From Flavobacteriaceae bacterium (GTDB taxonomy: Bacteria > Bacteroidota > Bacteroidia > Flavobacteriales > Flavobacteriaceae): DNA of 32,000 nt. The notes beneath the pieces are model-generated. The model saw nothing but the letters and a program-made list of their open reading frames with translations. It was not told the DNA's origin and made no database searches. Below are positions 1-9,175 of this stretch, in pieces. Position numbers and translations under genes: made by a program. How positions within the stretch are numbered: position 1 is the first letter of the stretch; each line of letters begins with the position of its first letter. Location of the stretch: assembly GCA_965224465.1 (NCBI GenBank), contig OZ245049.1, positions 1,380,001 through 1,412,000 of the forward strand, in the 5' to 3' direction.

Positions 1-419
1 GCTGTACCTGTTTTCCAAAGCCTTACGATATTCTTTATTTTAGTATTCAATGGTTTCCCCATAAACCATAATCTAAAATTTACAGAATACGCATGATAAC
101 TATCCTTAGAATTCATTATTTTTCTAATGGAATCTTTAACCACCTCTGTTAATCTTTCGTCTGGATCCAACTTCAATGTCCACTCCGTTTTAACCGGAAA
201 ATTCTCTAAAGCATAATTCCATTGATCTCCAAAATTGGTAAATGGTCTTTGTAATATTTTAACCCCTTTATCCAAAGCAATATCAACCGTTTTATCCGAA
301 CTTAAGCTGTCTAAAATAAAGATTTCCTCTGCAATATCTTGAACATTATCAATTGCTTCGGCTAAATAATATTCTTCGTTTAAAGTTAGCATTATTACGG
401 TTAATGACCCTTTTTTCAT
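1..419 (-). CDS. Family 2 glycosyltransferase, partial (C-terminus runs off the window)
   Basis: The reverse complement from the ATG at 417-419 reads MKKGSLTVIMLTLNEEYYLAEAIDNVQDIAEEIFILDSLSSDKTVDIA.... This is the typical GT2 N-terminus with a D-x-x-S-x-D region. It lies 1 nt downstream of the preceding GT gene in the same operon. Confidence 0.75.
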   Translation of the reverse strand, partial: MKKGSLTVIMLTLNEEYYLAEAIDNVQDIAEEIFILDSLSSDKTVDIALDKGVKILQRPFTNFGDQWNYALENFPVKTEWTLKLDPDERLTEVVKDSIRKIMNSKDSYHAYSVNFRLWFMGKPLNTKIKNIVRLWKTGT

Positions 420-420
420 T

Positions 421-1533
421 TTATTTCTTTATTGTTATTTTTTGATACTCCACCATCATTTGGTCCGCTATTATATCCCAAGAATAGTCCGCTTGCATCC
501 AAGCTCTAGCATTGCGACCCATTCCCTCCAATTCTGAAGAAGGCAACGCAAGTGCTATTTTAAAAACATTGTATAAAGCTTCCACACCAACATCTATACA
601 CCAACCAGCTTTTTTAGCATTCAACGCTCCCCAAGGCGTTGCATTGGTAGTGATTACAGGAACTCCATTTGTCATTGCTTCAGCGATTGTTAATCCAAAA
701 TTCTCAGAAAAACTTGGCAACACATATAAGTTATAAGATTGGTACAAGGTGTTTTTAGCCTCGCCATAAACGGGAGGTAATATTTCTATATTACTTAAAC
801 TTAGCTGCTTAATTAGGTTTTTTAATTCATCTACATAGCCATCTTTCCCTATACCAACAATATCCAAGGACCATTTTGGGAATTCTTTTTCGATTTTTGT
901 CCATGCATTTATAAGGTTTTCTATTCCTTTAATTGGATGAATTCTACCAAAAAACAGTATTTTATGTTCTGTTTTATTCCGATGCTCAATTGTAGGAATA
1001 TCAATCCCGTTAGGGATCATAAATGTCAACGCATTTTTTTGATATTTTTTTACATCTTCCACTTCATGCTCAGCAGTGGCATGAAATATTTTTGTGTAAT
1101 TAATGGCTTCTTTTTGACCTAAGAATAATGCAATTTTTTTTTTCCAAACAGCTCTTTTTAATGCCTTTGCTGACAGGGTTCCATGCGGAGCATTAATTAA
1201 TAAAGCTCTTTTTTTCTTCGCTATTGTACCTGCGTAAATATTAGGAGCCATCCAAAAGCTATGATTATGAATAATATATCCATTATCGACTAATTTATTT
1301 AGGTACTTAAACATTTCAGGAGAACGTCCAAAACTCGGATGCGGAAAATTACTTCGAGAAAACGCCTTTGTTTTAAAGGGAAAAATTATTTTGGGCAAAG
1401 GCTTTAAAGTCACCAAAGTTACATCACACCCTTTCCTGTGTAACGCTTCGCATAAAGCAGGGACAGAATATGCAGGCCCACTAGCTTCGTCTCCAATATA
1501 TGGAACAATATGTACTACTTTTAATCTATCCAC
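421..1533 (-). CDS. Glycosyltransferase, GT4/GT1 family
   Basis: 370-aa ORF. The N-terminus (KVVHIVPYIGDEASGPAYSVPALCEAL) and C-terminal region (LPSFSENFGLTIAEAMTNGVPVI) are typical of GT4 retaining glycosyltransferases. It overlaps the upstream gene. Confidence 0.85.
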   Translation of the reverse strand: MDRLKVVHIVPYIGDEASGPAYSVPALCEALHRKGCDVTLVTLKPLPKIIFPFKTKAFSRSNFPHPSFGRSPEMFKYLNKLVDNGYIIHNHSFWMAPNIYAGTIAKKKRALLINAPHGTLSAKALKRAVWKKKIALFLGQKEAINYTKIFHATAEHEVEDVKKYQKNALTFMIPNGIDIPTIEHRNKTEHKILFFGRIHPIKGIENLINAWTKIEKEFPKWSLDIVGIGKDGYVDELKNLIKQLSLSNIEILPPVYGEAKNTLYQSYNLYVLPSFSENFGLTIAEAMTNGVPVITTNATPWGALNAKKAGWCIDVGVEALYNVFKIALALPSSELEGMGRNARAWMQADYSWDIIADQMMVEYQKITIKK

Positions 1534-2627
1534 GGAGCTTTCGGTTTTAAATTAGAGGTCTTATATATAAAATCATGAATTTCCATAAAGTACTTAGCTG
1601 ATGCAATTCCTGAAATATTAGTCGCCCAATTCCTAATTTCTATTCGATCTGCATCACTCATAACTTTTATTCTTTTTCTTAAAACACGCGTTAAACTATC
1701 CGTTTTAGAATACGTAAACACGGCTCCTCTTACATTTCCATTAAGTAATATCGAAGCACCACAAAAGGCACTAGAAACAACAGGCACTCCCATTGCCAAA
1801 GATTCTGATATAACCGCACCCCAACCTTCTTTTGAGGTACTTGGAAGCACTAACAAATCCGATTTAAAAATCTCCTTCTGTACAATATCGTTAGATAAAA
1901 CCCCCAATACTTTGACATTATGTATTGATTTCTTGGCGCATTCCAAGACTTCTTTTTTTAATGGTCCTGCACCAATTATTTTTAAATTAATAGGCGTATT
2001 AACTAAATCCTCAATACTATTCAATAGATTTAGTATTCCTTTTTGTTTATTTAATTTCCCCACAAATATTAATGTTGGTATTGTTGTTTTTTCTATTTCT
2101 AAAACAGGATCAATACTTTCTATTTGATATGACCAATCAAAAATTATATTTTTATGAAACCCTGCTTTTTCATAAAGTAATTTTCCTTGTTTTCCAATTG
2201 CCATAATAAATTGAACATGTTTCTTATAAAAATGATAATCTATTAAACTACGTAAATAGCGTAATTTCCCTTTAAGACCGGTCCAATCATAGGCTTCAGA
2301 ACAAATCCCTAGTTTCATGTTGTTTTTCACTATATATTTTAACGCATTTTTTCCTAATTCACATCCGTGAAATCCATTGACAATATGAATGCTTGAATTG
2401 TACTTTTTTAAAATCGTTTCTATCGCTGAAAAATTGGGATTGACAATTGTAGTTACGCTCCCTAAATTAGGTTTTATCCAGCCCTCTGCAAGTCTGTGAG
2501 TTGAAATTTCTTTTTCTACTATTAGCATCACATTCACCTTTGGGATTTTAGCTAAATTCCTTAAAAAAGAAGACCTGTGCGGGCTAATTATCCCCTCCCA
2601 AAAAACAAAATGTATTTTATTTAACAT
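1521..2627 (-). CDS. Glycosyltransferase, GT4/GT1-like
   Basis: 368-aa ORF with the motif LVLPSTSKEGWGAVISESLAMGVPVV, the E-x7-E region of GT4 enzymes. It overlaps both neighbouring genes. Confidence 0.8.
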   Translation of the reverse strand: MLNKIHFVFWEGIISPHRSSFLRNLAKIPKVNVMLIVEKEISTHRLAEGWIKPNLGSVTTIVNPNFSAIETILKKYNSSIHIVNGFHGCELGKNALKYIVKNNMKLGICSEAYDWTGLKGKLRYLRSLIDYHFYKKHVQFIMAIGKQGKLLYEKAGFHKNIIFDWSYQIESIDPVLEIEKTTIPTLIFVGKLNKQKGILNLLNSIEDLVNTPINLKIIGAGPLKKEVLECAKKSIHNVKVLGVLSNDIVQKEIFKSDLLVLPSTSKEGWGAVISESLAMGVPVVSSAFCGASILLNGNVRGAVFTYSKTDSLTRVLRKRIKVMSDADRIEIRNWATNISGIASAKYFMEIHDFIYKTSNLKPKAPWID

Positions 2628-3781
2628 TTTTTAGAAATAAACAACTCTTCTGAAACCCCAATGGTCAACCAAAAAAAAGAACAAAGAAATGCTCCAGAAG
2701 CATAAACATAACCTTCAGCAAAAAAACTAATAAAGAAAAAACTAAGCACTCCCAGTATAACACTAAGTTCCATTCTGAAATTTCTTTTAATTAAAAAAAG
2801 TCCCAATCTAGAATAATTTACGAGCGAAATAATTACAAAAGCGAGGAAGCCAAAAACACCAGTCATAGATAAAACTGACAACCAAGAAGAGCCCGGTTCA
2901 AGACCTCCTTCATCATTCATTCCTTCACTTCCAAAAGCAACAGAAGCAAATCCTATCCCTATAATTTTACTTGAATTAAACTCCTTAATTCGCGCAGACC
3001 ACAGAGGGCCTCTTGAATCTCTTTGATTCTTTTGTGCAATCCCTTCTGTAAAAACACTCCATTGTTTGGCATAAGGTAATTGAAAGACAAAGACTACGAA
3101 TAACGCAGCAAACACAAGTACTGTTCTCTTCTTATATTTTAAAACAATCGAAATAATGATCACAACTAATAAAGAACCTAAGGCAGCTCTTGAAGAAGCC
3201 AACAAGACAGATAATAAAGAAAAAACAAATGCAAAAAAACAGGCGATCCTATAAATACCTTTTAAACTTAAAAACCTATTAAACAAACTAAGTGCCCCTA
3301 TCCCTGCCAAAGGTCCCAACATCATCGCATGAAAAGTTAGTCCCGTAAAAATGCCTCGTCCCAAATTAGGGAACCCTAACAAGTACCAGATAAAAGAACC
3401 AACACCAATTACTTCACAAATTATTACTACTGCTTTAAACGCATTTTTTCTAAAAACATAAAATGGATAACTTTTGATTAAAGGCCCAAAAATCACAAAA
3501 ACCAACATCCAACCCAACCATCTATTTGTAACGTTAAAAACAATTGGAATATCGTTAAATGCAATACTTACACCTGTTGCTATAATCAATAAAACAGCTT
3601 TGTAATTAATACCTTTTATATTACCTTGGATTAAAAGAAGTAGCAAAACAGCAAACAAACAAGCGTAATAAAAAGATTGATTAAAAAAAGGAAACAATGA
3701 TTTTATTAATGTGAGGTAAACAACAGCAAGCATACTAAAAATAATAGTTGGTAATTGCGTAAACCAATTTCTTTTATGCAT
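2621..3781 (-). CDS. Wzy-like O-antigen polymerase/ligase family membrane protein
   Basis: 386-aa ORF that is hydrophobic throughout, with many predicted TM segments and one larger loop (KNQRDSRGPLWSARIKEF). Its position next to wzx and GT genes fits the role. The call rests on context and topology only. Confidence 0.6.
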   Translation of the reverse strand: MHKRNWFTQLPTIIFSMLAVVYLTLIKSLFPFFNQSFYYACLFAVLLLLLIQGNIKGINYKAVLLIIATGVSIAFNDIPIVFNVTNRWLGWMLVFVIFGPLIKSYPFYVFRKNAFKAVVIICEVIGVGSFIWYLLGFPNLGRGIFTGLTFHAMMLGPLAGIGALSLFNRFLSLKGIYRIACFFAFVFSLLSVLLASSRAALGSLLVVIIISIVLKYKKRTVLVFAALFVVFVFQLPYAKQWSVFTEGIAQKNQRDSRGPLWSARIKEFNSSKIIGIGFASVAFGSEGMNDEGGLEPGSSWLSVLSMTGVFGFLAFVIISLVNYSRLGLFLIKRNFRMELSVILGVLSFFFISFFAEGYVYASGAFLCSFFWLTIGVSEELFISKKC

Positions 3782-4265
3782 TCAGAAAAGTTTTTATAAC
3801 GCGTGCTGGAATTCCTGCAACACGTGTATATTCCAGTACATTTTTTGTGACAACTGCTCCTGCGGCAACATGCGTCATCCTACCTATCGTTTTCCCTGCC
3901 AATATACATGCACATGCACCAATCCATGTTCCGTCACCAATTACAATAGATTGACTCAAGCCTTTACCTGCCAATTTTTTATGAGCTATATTTATTTCAT
4001 GTGAACCGGTCCCTATATAAACTCGAGGAGCAATATCAACATCTTTCCCAATACGTACATGCGCATTTCCTGAAGTAATAATTATGGTATCATGCCCTAT
4101 AAAAGTATTGTTTCCAATAATAAGAATTCCATTTCCAATAATTTTAACACTTGAAATAATCCTAACATTTGAACCTATCTGGGCTCCAGCCCATCTTGTC
4201 AGGGGTATAAAAGGGACAATTAATGAGATTAAATATAATTTTAATGAAGATAGTTTACCTTCCAT
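3774..4265 (-). CDS. Hexapeptide-repeat (left-handed beta-helix) acetyltransferase, WcaF/NeuD-like
   Basis: Hexapeptide repeats are visible (IGSNVRII, IGNNTFIG, IGKDVDIA, IGDGTWIG, AGAVVT). I place the start at M9 of the tracked ORF (MEGKLSS...). The first 8 codons of the 4289 start read into the IS30 terminal repeat. Confidence 0.8.
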   Translation of the reverse strand: MEGKLSSLKLYLISLIVPFIPLTRWAGAQIGSNVRIISSVKIIGNGILIIGNNTFIGHDTIIITSGNAHVRIGKDVDIAPRVYIGTGSHEINIAHKKLAGKGLSQSIVIGDGTWIGACACILAGKTIGRMTHVAAGAVVTKNVLEYTRVAGIPARVIKTFLNA

Positions 4266-4278
4266 TTTAAAAATGTTT

Positions 4279-5405
4279 CTTAAATTCAAGTAGTAAATGC
4301 AACTTCTTAGATTTGAGAGTTTCTAAGGTTTATTTTTCAAAACAGAAAGAGAGTCACCTCTCCTTCATGTTTTGATGGAATAGTTACCTTACGCCCTCAA
4401 GTCTCTGAAAAAGAAGTAGTATGGCACATTTAACCAAAGAACAAAGATACACAATTACCTGTATGTTATCACAGGGGTATTCTAAGTCCAAAATAGCCTT
4501 GGCTATAGGGAAACATAAAAGCACTATAAGTAGAGAATGCAAACGTAATTGCGATGCTCGTAGCGGCTCCTATGAATACGAATTAGCACATAGAAAGTGG
4601 AAGGATAGACATAAGAAAAAGCGAAAGCACATTAGGTTTACTGAGAAGATAAGAAGCGAGGTTGAAAAGCTGTTACGTGATGATTATAGTCCAGAACAAG
4701 TGGTTGGAATACTTACTAAGCAAGGAAAAGAAGTTGTTTCAGTAGAACGTATTTATCAGCATATCTGGCAAGATAAGAAGCATAAAGGCACACTCTATAC
4801 TCATTTAAGAAGACAAGGAAGGAAGTACAGGAAACGAGGGGCATTCAAGGACTCACGTGGTATTATTAAAGATCGAATTAGTATTGAAAAACGACCAGAT
4901 ATAGTGGAGAAAAGAGAACGTTTTGGAGATTTAGAAGTGGATTTAATAATTGGAAAAAATCATCATCAAGCCATTCTTACAATCAATGACAGGGCTTCTG
5001 GGATGCTAAAGATGAAAAAAATAGCATCTAAAGAATCTTCTGTTGTAACAGCTGCTATTAATGAGCTTTTAGAAGATTGGATACCGTATATAAACACTAT
5101 AACAGCTGATAACGGAAAAGAGTTTGCAGGACATAAAAAAGTAGCTGAATTTTTAGGAATCGATTATTATTTTGCACATCCTTACCATTCATGGGAAAGA
5201 GGATCTAATGAAAATTTAAATGGGCTTATTCGGCAATATTTCCCTAAAGGAAGTGACTTTTCGATATTAACTAAGCAGATGATAAAACAGGTGGAAGGAA
5301 AATTAAATAGAAGGCCTAGGAAAAGGTTTTCATATCAAAACCCTATATTTGTAATGAATCAATTATTGTTTAACCAAAAAGTTGCGTTTATAAGTTGAAT
5401 TCAGC
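4279..5405 (+). mobile_element. IS30-family insertion sequence (variant 1), ~1127 bp
   Basis: Imperfect terminal inverted repeats: CTTAAATTCAAGTAGTAAATGCAACTT at the left end, and the reverse complement of the right end reads GCTGAATTCAACTTATAAACGCAACTT. It is flanked by TTT at 4276-4278 and 5406-5408, a 3-bp duplication as expected for IS30. It carries a single transposase ORF. Confidence 0.85.
4421..5398 (+). CDS. IS30-family transposase
   Basis: 325 aa with an N-terminal HTH (TKEQRYTITCMLSQGYSKSKIALAIGKHKSTISRE) and a DDE core (DLEVDLI...TITADNGKEF...SWERGSNEN). Confidence 0.95.
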   Translation: MAHLTKEQRYTITCMLSQGYSKSKIALAIGKHKSTISRECKRNCDARSGSYEYELAHRKWKDRHKKKRKHIRFTEKIRSEVEKLLRDDYSPEQVVGILTKQGKEVVSVERIYQHIWQDKKHKGTLYTHLRRQGRKYRKRGAFKDSRGIIKDRISIEKRPDIVEKRERFGDLEVDLIIGKNHHQAILTINDRASGMLKMKKIASKESSVVTAAINELLEDWIPYINTITADNGKEFAGHKKVAEFLGIDYYFAHPYHSWERGSNENLNGLIRQYFPKGSDFSILTKQMIKQVEGKLNRRPRKRFSYQNPIFVMNQLLFNQKVAFIS

Positions 5406-6728
5406 TTTTTTTATAAGTACATATTGCAAAACAATAATAACACTGTACCCAATACAATAAGATATTGCTAAAGCTAAAGCACCTGTAACATGATTTATCA
5501 AAACTAGAAACAATACTATAACACTAAGCTGCCTGAGCAATCTACACAACATAGCCATCCAAGAAAACCCTTTAGAAAGCATAACCTGGTACAATACATT
5601 TCCGATAGTCACTGGAATAGTAGAAAAAACAATCACAGAAAGTATGAGTGACAATCCTTCAAAATCAGCTCCATAAAAACTTTCTATAACAGGTGATAAA
5701 AGACTAAAAACAACCGCTAAGAAAAGAGTTATAAATCCATTTAATTTTAAGTTTTTACTTAAAATCATACCGAAATTACTTTTAGCATCAACAGTGTTTT
5801 GATTAGAAAGCATCGACAGTACTAGACTTGATAATATCCCCGGTAAAAACAAGATCAAATTAGACCATTGGCTTGCGGCATTGTACATCCCCAATTCACC
5901 ATAACCAAAACGGTATACCATTAAGGTACTGATGCCCCAAGTAGAAAAAGCATAAATCCCTTCAGTCATGGCAATAGGAACACTAAACCTAAGGATTTCT
6001 TTTATTTTTTGTTTTAAAAGTTCTTGGCTCTTGTTTATTTTCCGAACGATTAACTCTTTGTCTAAATATATTTTATTGATCAAACAGTTAATCCCCATAT
6101 TTAGCACTAGCGCGACAATAACACCTTGTACACCGTAGAATTTAGCCCCAATAATAATCATGGGAAAAGAAGCAATTCCAACAATAAAATTAACCTTCGC
6201 AATCGCTTTATATGCTTCTAAGCCAGCCAAAGCACCCGTTTGGGTAACATTGATTGCATTAAATATTAAATACAAACTAGATAATTTCAATACAAAACCT
6301 AAATGTGGAGCATTTAAAGTATGTACCGCTAGATAATCTGCAAAAAGAATTAATAATGTAGCAAGTACAATAGAAGCAATAAAACTTATTCTTTGTGAAA
6401 CACGGATGATCCCTCCAATTTGTTCTGGGTTTTTATCTCTACATTCTGCAATAAATTTGTTCACAGACAATCCTAAACCAAAAGTTGCAACAAGACTAAA
6501 AACACTTAAGGTATTTCGAATCAAACCAAGTTCCCCATATTCAACTTTCCCCAAATATCTCGCAACAAAAATAGTCGCAATTAAAGACAATCCCTTTGAA
6601 ATTAAATTTCCTGAAAGAAGCCAAAAAGCACCTTTTGCAAATCTCCTAGAGATCTCGTCAGCAAAAAACCTATCCTTTATGCTGTTTGGAATAGCACCGT
6701 GTATTAAACTTTTAATTTTATTATTCAT
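5388..6728 (-). CDS. wzx: Polysaccharide flippase (Wzx, MOP/oligosaccharide flippase family)
   Basis: 446-aa polytopic membrane protein with a Polysacc_synt-like N-terminus (FAKGAFWLLSGNLISKGLSLIATIFVARYLG). The last codons (AEFNL-stop, 5388-5405) are supplied by the IS30 terminus. Confidence 0.8.
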   Translation of the reverse strand: MNNKIKSLIHGAIPNSIKDRFFADEISRRFAKGAFWLLSGNLISKGLSLIATIFVARYLGKVEYGELGLIRNTLSVFSLVATFGLGLSVNKFIAECRDKNPEQIGGIIRVSQRISFIASIVLATLLILFADYLAVHTLNAPHLGFVLKLSSLYLIFNAINVTQTGALAGLEAYKAIAKVNFIVGIASFPMIIIGAKFYGVQGVIVALVLNMGINCLINKIYLDKELIVRKINKSQELLKQKIKEILRFSVPIAMTEGIYAFSTWGISTLMVYRFGYGELGMYNAASQWSNLILFLPGILSSLVLSMLSNQNTVDAKSNFGMILSKNLKLNGFITLFLAVVFSLLSPVIESFYGADFEGLSLILSVIVFSTIPVTIGNVLYQVMLSKGFSWMAMLCRLLRQLSVIVLFLVLINHVTGALALAISYCIGYSVIIVLQYVLIKKAEFNL

Positions 6729-6737
6729 TTAATATTT

Positions 6738-7747
6738 TATGCTTATCCGTTAACTTCCCCAAGATAATTCCATCTATATGATACCGCTGCAATCATAAGC
6801 CTGTCGAATAAGTTATTAAATGTTCTCCTATTGAATTTGTAGCAGTACTCGTTCAAGTAATTTTGAAGAAAATCATCATCTATTCTATGATGGACATCCA
6901 GTAATAGCCTTTTGGCGTTACTAATTGCTTTGTGAACCCAAGGTAAAATAGAATTGATATTTTTCTTTGGCACAACATTAGAGACTAGTTCAAAATCCTT
7001 AGTCAAGTCATTAAAGCTATTTGATCCATCGGAAATTATTTTGCTACCTCCTTCAACCATTTGATTTACAGTTTGAGCTACCTCTTCTTTCTTTAAAGAA
7101 CTGATTACTTTCATCTTTAGGAATTTCACTCTCTTATTCACCCTGTGTTTCTTGCTGTTATAGTGTTCTGATTCTAGTTTAGACTCTATACTTACTAATA
7201 CTATTGATTGTCTTTGACTTCCTCGCCCCCTTTTTAAAGGTGCTGTTTTATCTCTTGTTATTGAAACGGTTTCAAAAAACCCATCATCCAATTCAACCTC
7301 ATCACTAAGCTGATATTCATCGTCTCTTAACCCCATAACGCATCTTAACTTATGAACCATTGCCCAAATAGGCTCATATCTTTTATGACCTATCTGACGT
7401 TGAATCTCTTTAGCCGAAAATGATTTTTTTGTGCTTGTTATTAAATGCATAGCTATAAACCAATACTTAAAAGGTAATTTACTGCTTTGCATAACAGTAC
7501 CGCTTTTCAACGTTGTTCTGTGAGTACAGTTTTTACATTCCCACTGTTCTCGTTTCTTTTTCCAATAATGAGTAGTTCCTCCACACTTTTTACACTTAAC
7601 CCCTTCTTTTTCGCGATAGGACTTAAATGCTGCTTTACAACTGGCTTCATCTGGGTAGTGCTCACTAAATTCAATTAATCTCATATCGATTATTTATGTT
7701 TTATGAAAATACAACAAAAATATTAGGGAAACTAGCGGACAAGCATA
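6738..7747 (-). mobile_element. IS1595-family insertion sequence, ~1010 bp
   Basis: Terminal inverted repeats TATGCTTATCCGTTAACTTCCC and TATGCTTGTCCGCTAGTTTCCC (reverse complement of the right end). A perfect 8-bp direct repeat TAATATTT lies at 6730-6737 and 7748-7755. Confidence 0.9.
6743..7684 (-). CDS. IS1595-family (ISXO2-like) transposase
   Basis: 313 aa with an N-terminal zinc ribbon (CKKCGGTTHYW...WECKNCTH) followed by a DDE_Tnp_IS1595-like region. Confidence 0.9.
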   Translation of the reverse strand: MRLIEFSEHYPDEASCKAAFKSYREKEGVKCKKCGGTTHYWKKKREQWECKNCTHRTTLKSGTVMQSSKLPFKYWFIAMHLITSTKKSFSAKEIQRQIGHKRYEPIWAMVHKLRCVMGLRDDEYQLSDEVELDDGFFETVSITRDKTAPLKRGRGSQRQSIVLVSIESKLESEHYNSKKHRVNKRVKFLKMKVISSLKKEEVAQTVNQMVEGGSKIISDGSNSFNDLTKDFELVSNVVPKKNINSILPWVHKAISNAKRLLLDVHHRIDDDFLQNYLNEYCYKFNRRTFNNLFDRLMIAAVSYRWNYLGEVNG

Positions 7748-7756
7748 TAATATTTT

Positions 7757-7917
7757 ATACCAAAACCATATCCAAAATGACCTATATAAATAGTTTATTT
7801 TACGTGCTAGCATTGTTAAAAAACAGAACGATAGCTTGGGTTATCTTTATATTTTTAGACTAGCTAGAATAAAAAATAATTCTATTTCTAAACCGTTATT
7901 TTAAATTTAGTTACCAT
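7757..7917 (+). repeat. Modular palindromic intergenic element, long form (copy R1, degenerate ends)
   Basis: ATACCAAAACCATATCCAAAATGACCTATATAAATAGTTTATTTTACGTGCTAGC...GACTAGCTAGAATAAAAAATAATTCTATTTCTAAACCGTT...TTACCAT. It aligns with the copies at 10980, 11966 and 24033. It lies between the wecC stop and the wzx start. Confidence 0.8.
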
Positions 7918-7926
7918 ACATTTTTT

Positions 7927-9135
7927 CTATACTTTAAGGATTCCACAAAAATCAAGAACTACAATTTCTATCCGAATATCTAAATCAAAAAACTCTTTAT
8001 GAGCCACTAAAAAGACTACAATATCAGCTTTTTGAACAGCTTCTTTACAATTTGTTAGCTCATATACATTATGAGTTTCGATATTGGGTTCTACTATATA
8101 GTAGACCTCATTATTCGCATTAGCAAGTACTTTTTGAGTAATGTACTTGGCAGGAGATTCACGCAAGTCATCAATATTTGGTTTAAATGCCAATCCCATT
8201 AAGGCGATACTAGGTTTTTTTCCATGTTTTATTTCAAACTGCAAACGCGTTGTTTGTATTTTTTCTGCGCACCAAAACGATTTGTAATTATTTACCTCAC
8301 GAGCTGTCCCTATAATTTTAGATTCCATAGGATATTCCGAAACTAAAAAATACGGATCTACAGCAATACAATGCCCTCCTACACCACAGCCTGGTTGCAG
8401 AATATTTACACGAGGATGTTTATTAGCTAAAACAATCAGTTCCCAAACATTAATACCCGCTTTATCACAAATAATGGAGAGTTCGTTTGCAAAAGCAATC
8501 TGTACATCTCTAGATGAGTTCTCGGTGAGCTTACACATTTCTGCTGTCTTGGCATTGGTTGGATGTAATTCCCCTTTTACAAATTGCCTGTAAAAACCAA
8601 TGGCTTTTTGAGTTGCTTTAGCATCCATTCCTCCTATTACACGATCGTTATACACCAACTCGTGCATAACATTTCCAGGCAATACACGCTCGGGGCAATA
8701 GGCAATATGTAGCTTCCCTTTTAACTCCGGGCGTTTGCGATAAATAAGCTGTGCCATTTTATCGGTAGTACCTATAGGTGAAGTAGACTCGATTATAAAT
8801 AGATCATCTTCTTTTAAAAGATCCATAATATTCAAGGTGGCAGCTTCTACAAACGAAGTGTCGGGTTCGTGGTTTCCCTTAAATGGTGTGGGAACAACAA
8901 TTAAATACGTATCTGCTTGCACAGCTATTGTACTTGCTTTTAAGTATCCCGAAGCAACAACTTCGGAAACCACCTTCTCTAGGTTAGGCTCTACAATGTG
9001 TATGTTCCCCGCATTTATAGTAGCTACCACTTTAGAATTAATATCTACACCGTGTACTGCAATATTGTTTTGAGCAATCAATGCAGAGGTAGGCAATCCA
9101 ATATAGCCTAAACCTATAGTTGTTACTTTTGGCAT
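7927..9135 (-). CDS. wecC: UDP-N-acetyl-D-mannosamine dehydrogenase (nucleotide-sugar dehydrogenase family)
   Basis: 402 aa with an N-terminal Rossmann motif (IGLGYIGLP) and the catalytic-Cys region GCGVGGHCI. It sits directly downstream of wecB. Confidence 0.85.
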   Translation of the reverse strand: MPKVTTIGLGYIGLPTSALIAQNNIAVHGVDINSKVVATINAGNIHIVEPNLEKVVSEVVASGYLKASTIAVQADTYLIVVPTPFKGNHEPDTSFVEAATLNIMDLLKEDDLFIIESTSPIGTTDKMAQLIYRKRPELKGKLHIAYCPERVLPGNVMHELVYNDRVIGGMDAKATQKAIGFYRQFVKGELHPTNAKTAEMCKLTENSSRDVQIAFANELSIICDKAGINVWELIVLANKHPRVNILQPGCGVGGHCIAVDPYFLVSEYPMESKIIGTAREVNNYKSFWCAEKIQTTRLQFEIKHGKKPSIALMGLAFKPNIDDLRESPAKYITQKVLANANNEVYYIVEPNIETHNVYELTNCKEAVQKADIVVFLVAHKEFFDLDIRIEIVVLDFCGILKV

Positions 9136-9175
9136 TTTTTAATGATGAGTTAATGAGTATTGAAAATTATAAGGA

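Noticed and set aside
4266-4289. An upstream start (MNLRNIFK) for the acetyltransferase.
   Set aside because: These codons are read partly from the IS30 terminal inverted repeat, so they are an insertion artefact. The reconstructed pre-insertion sequence supports the ATG at 4265.
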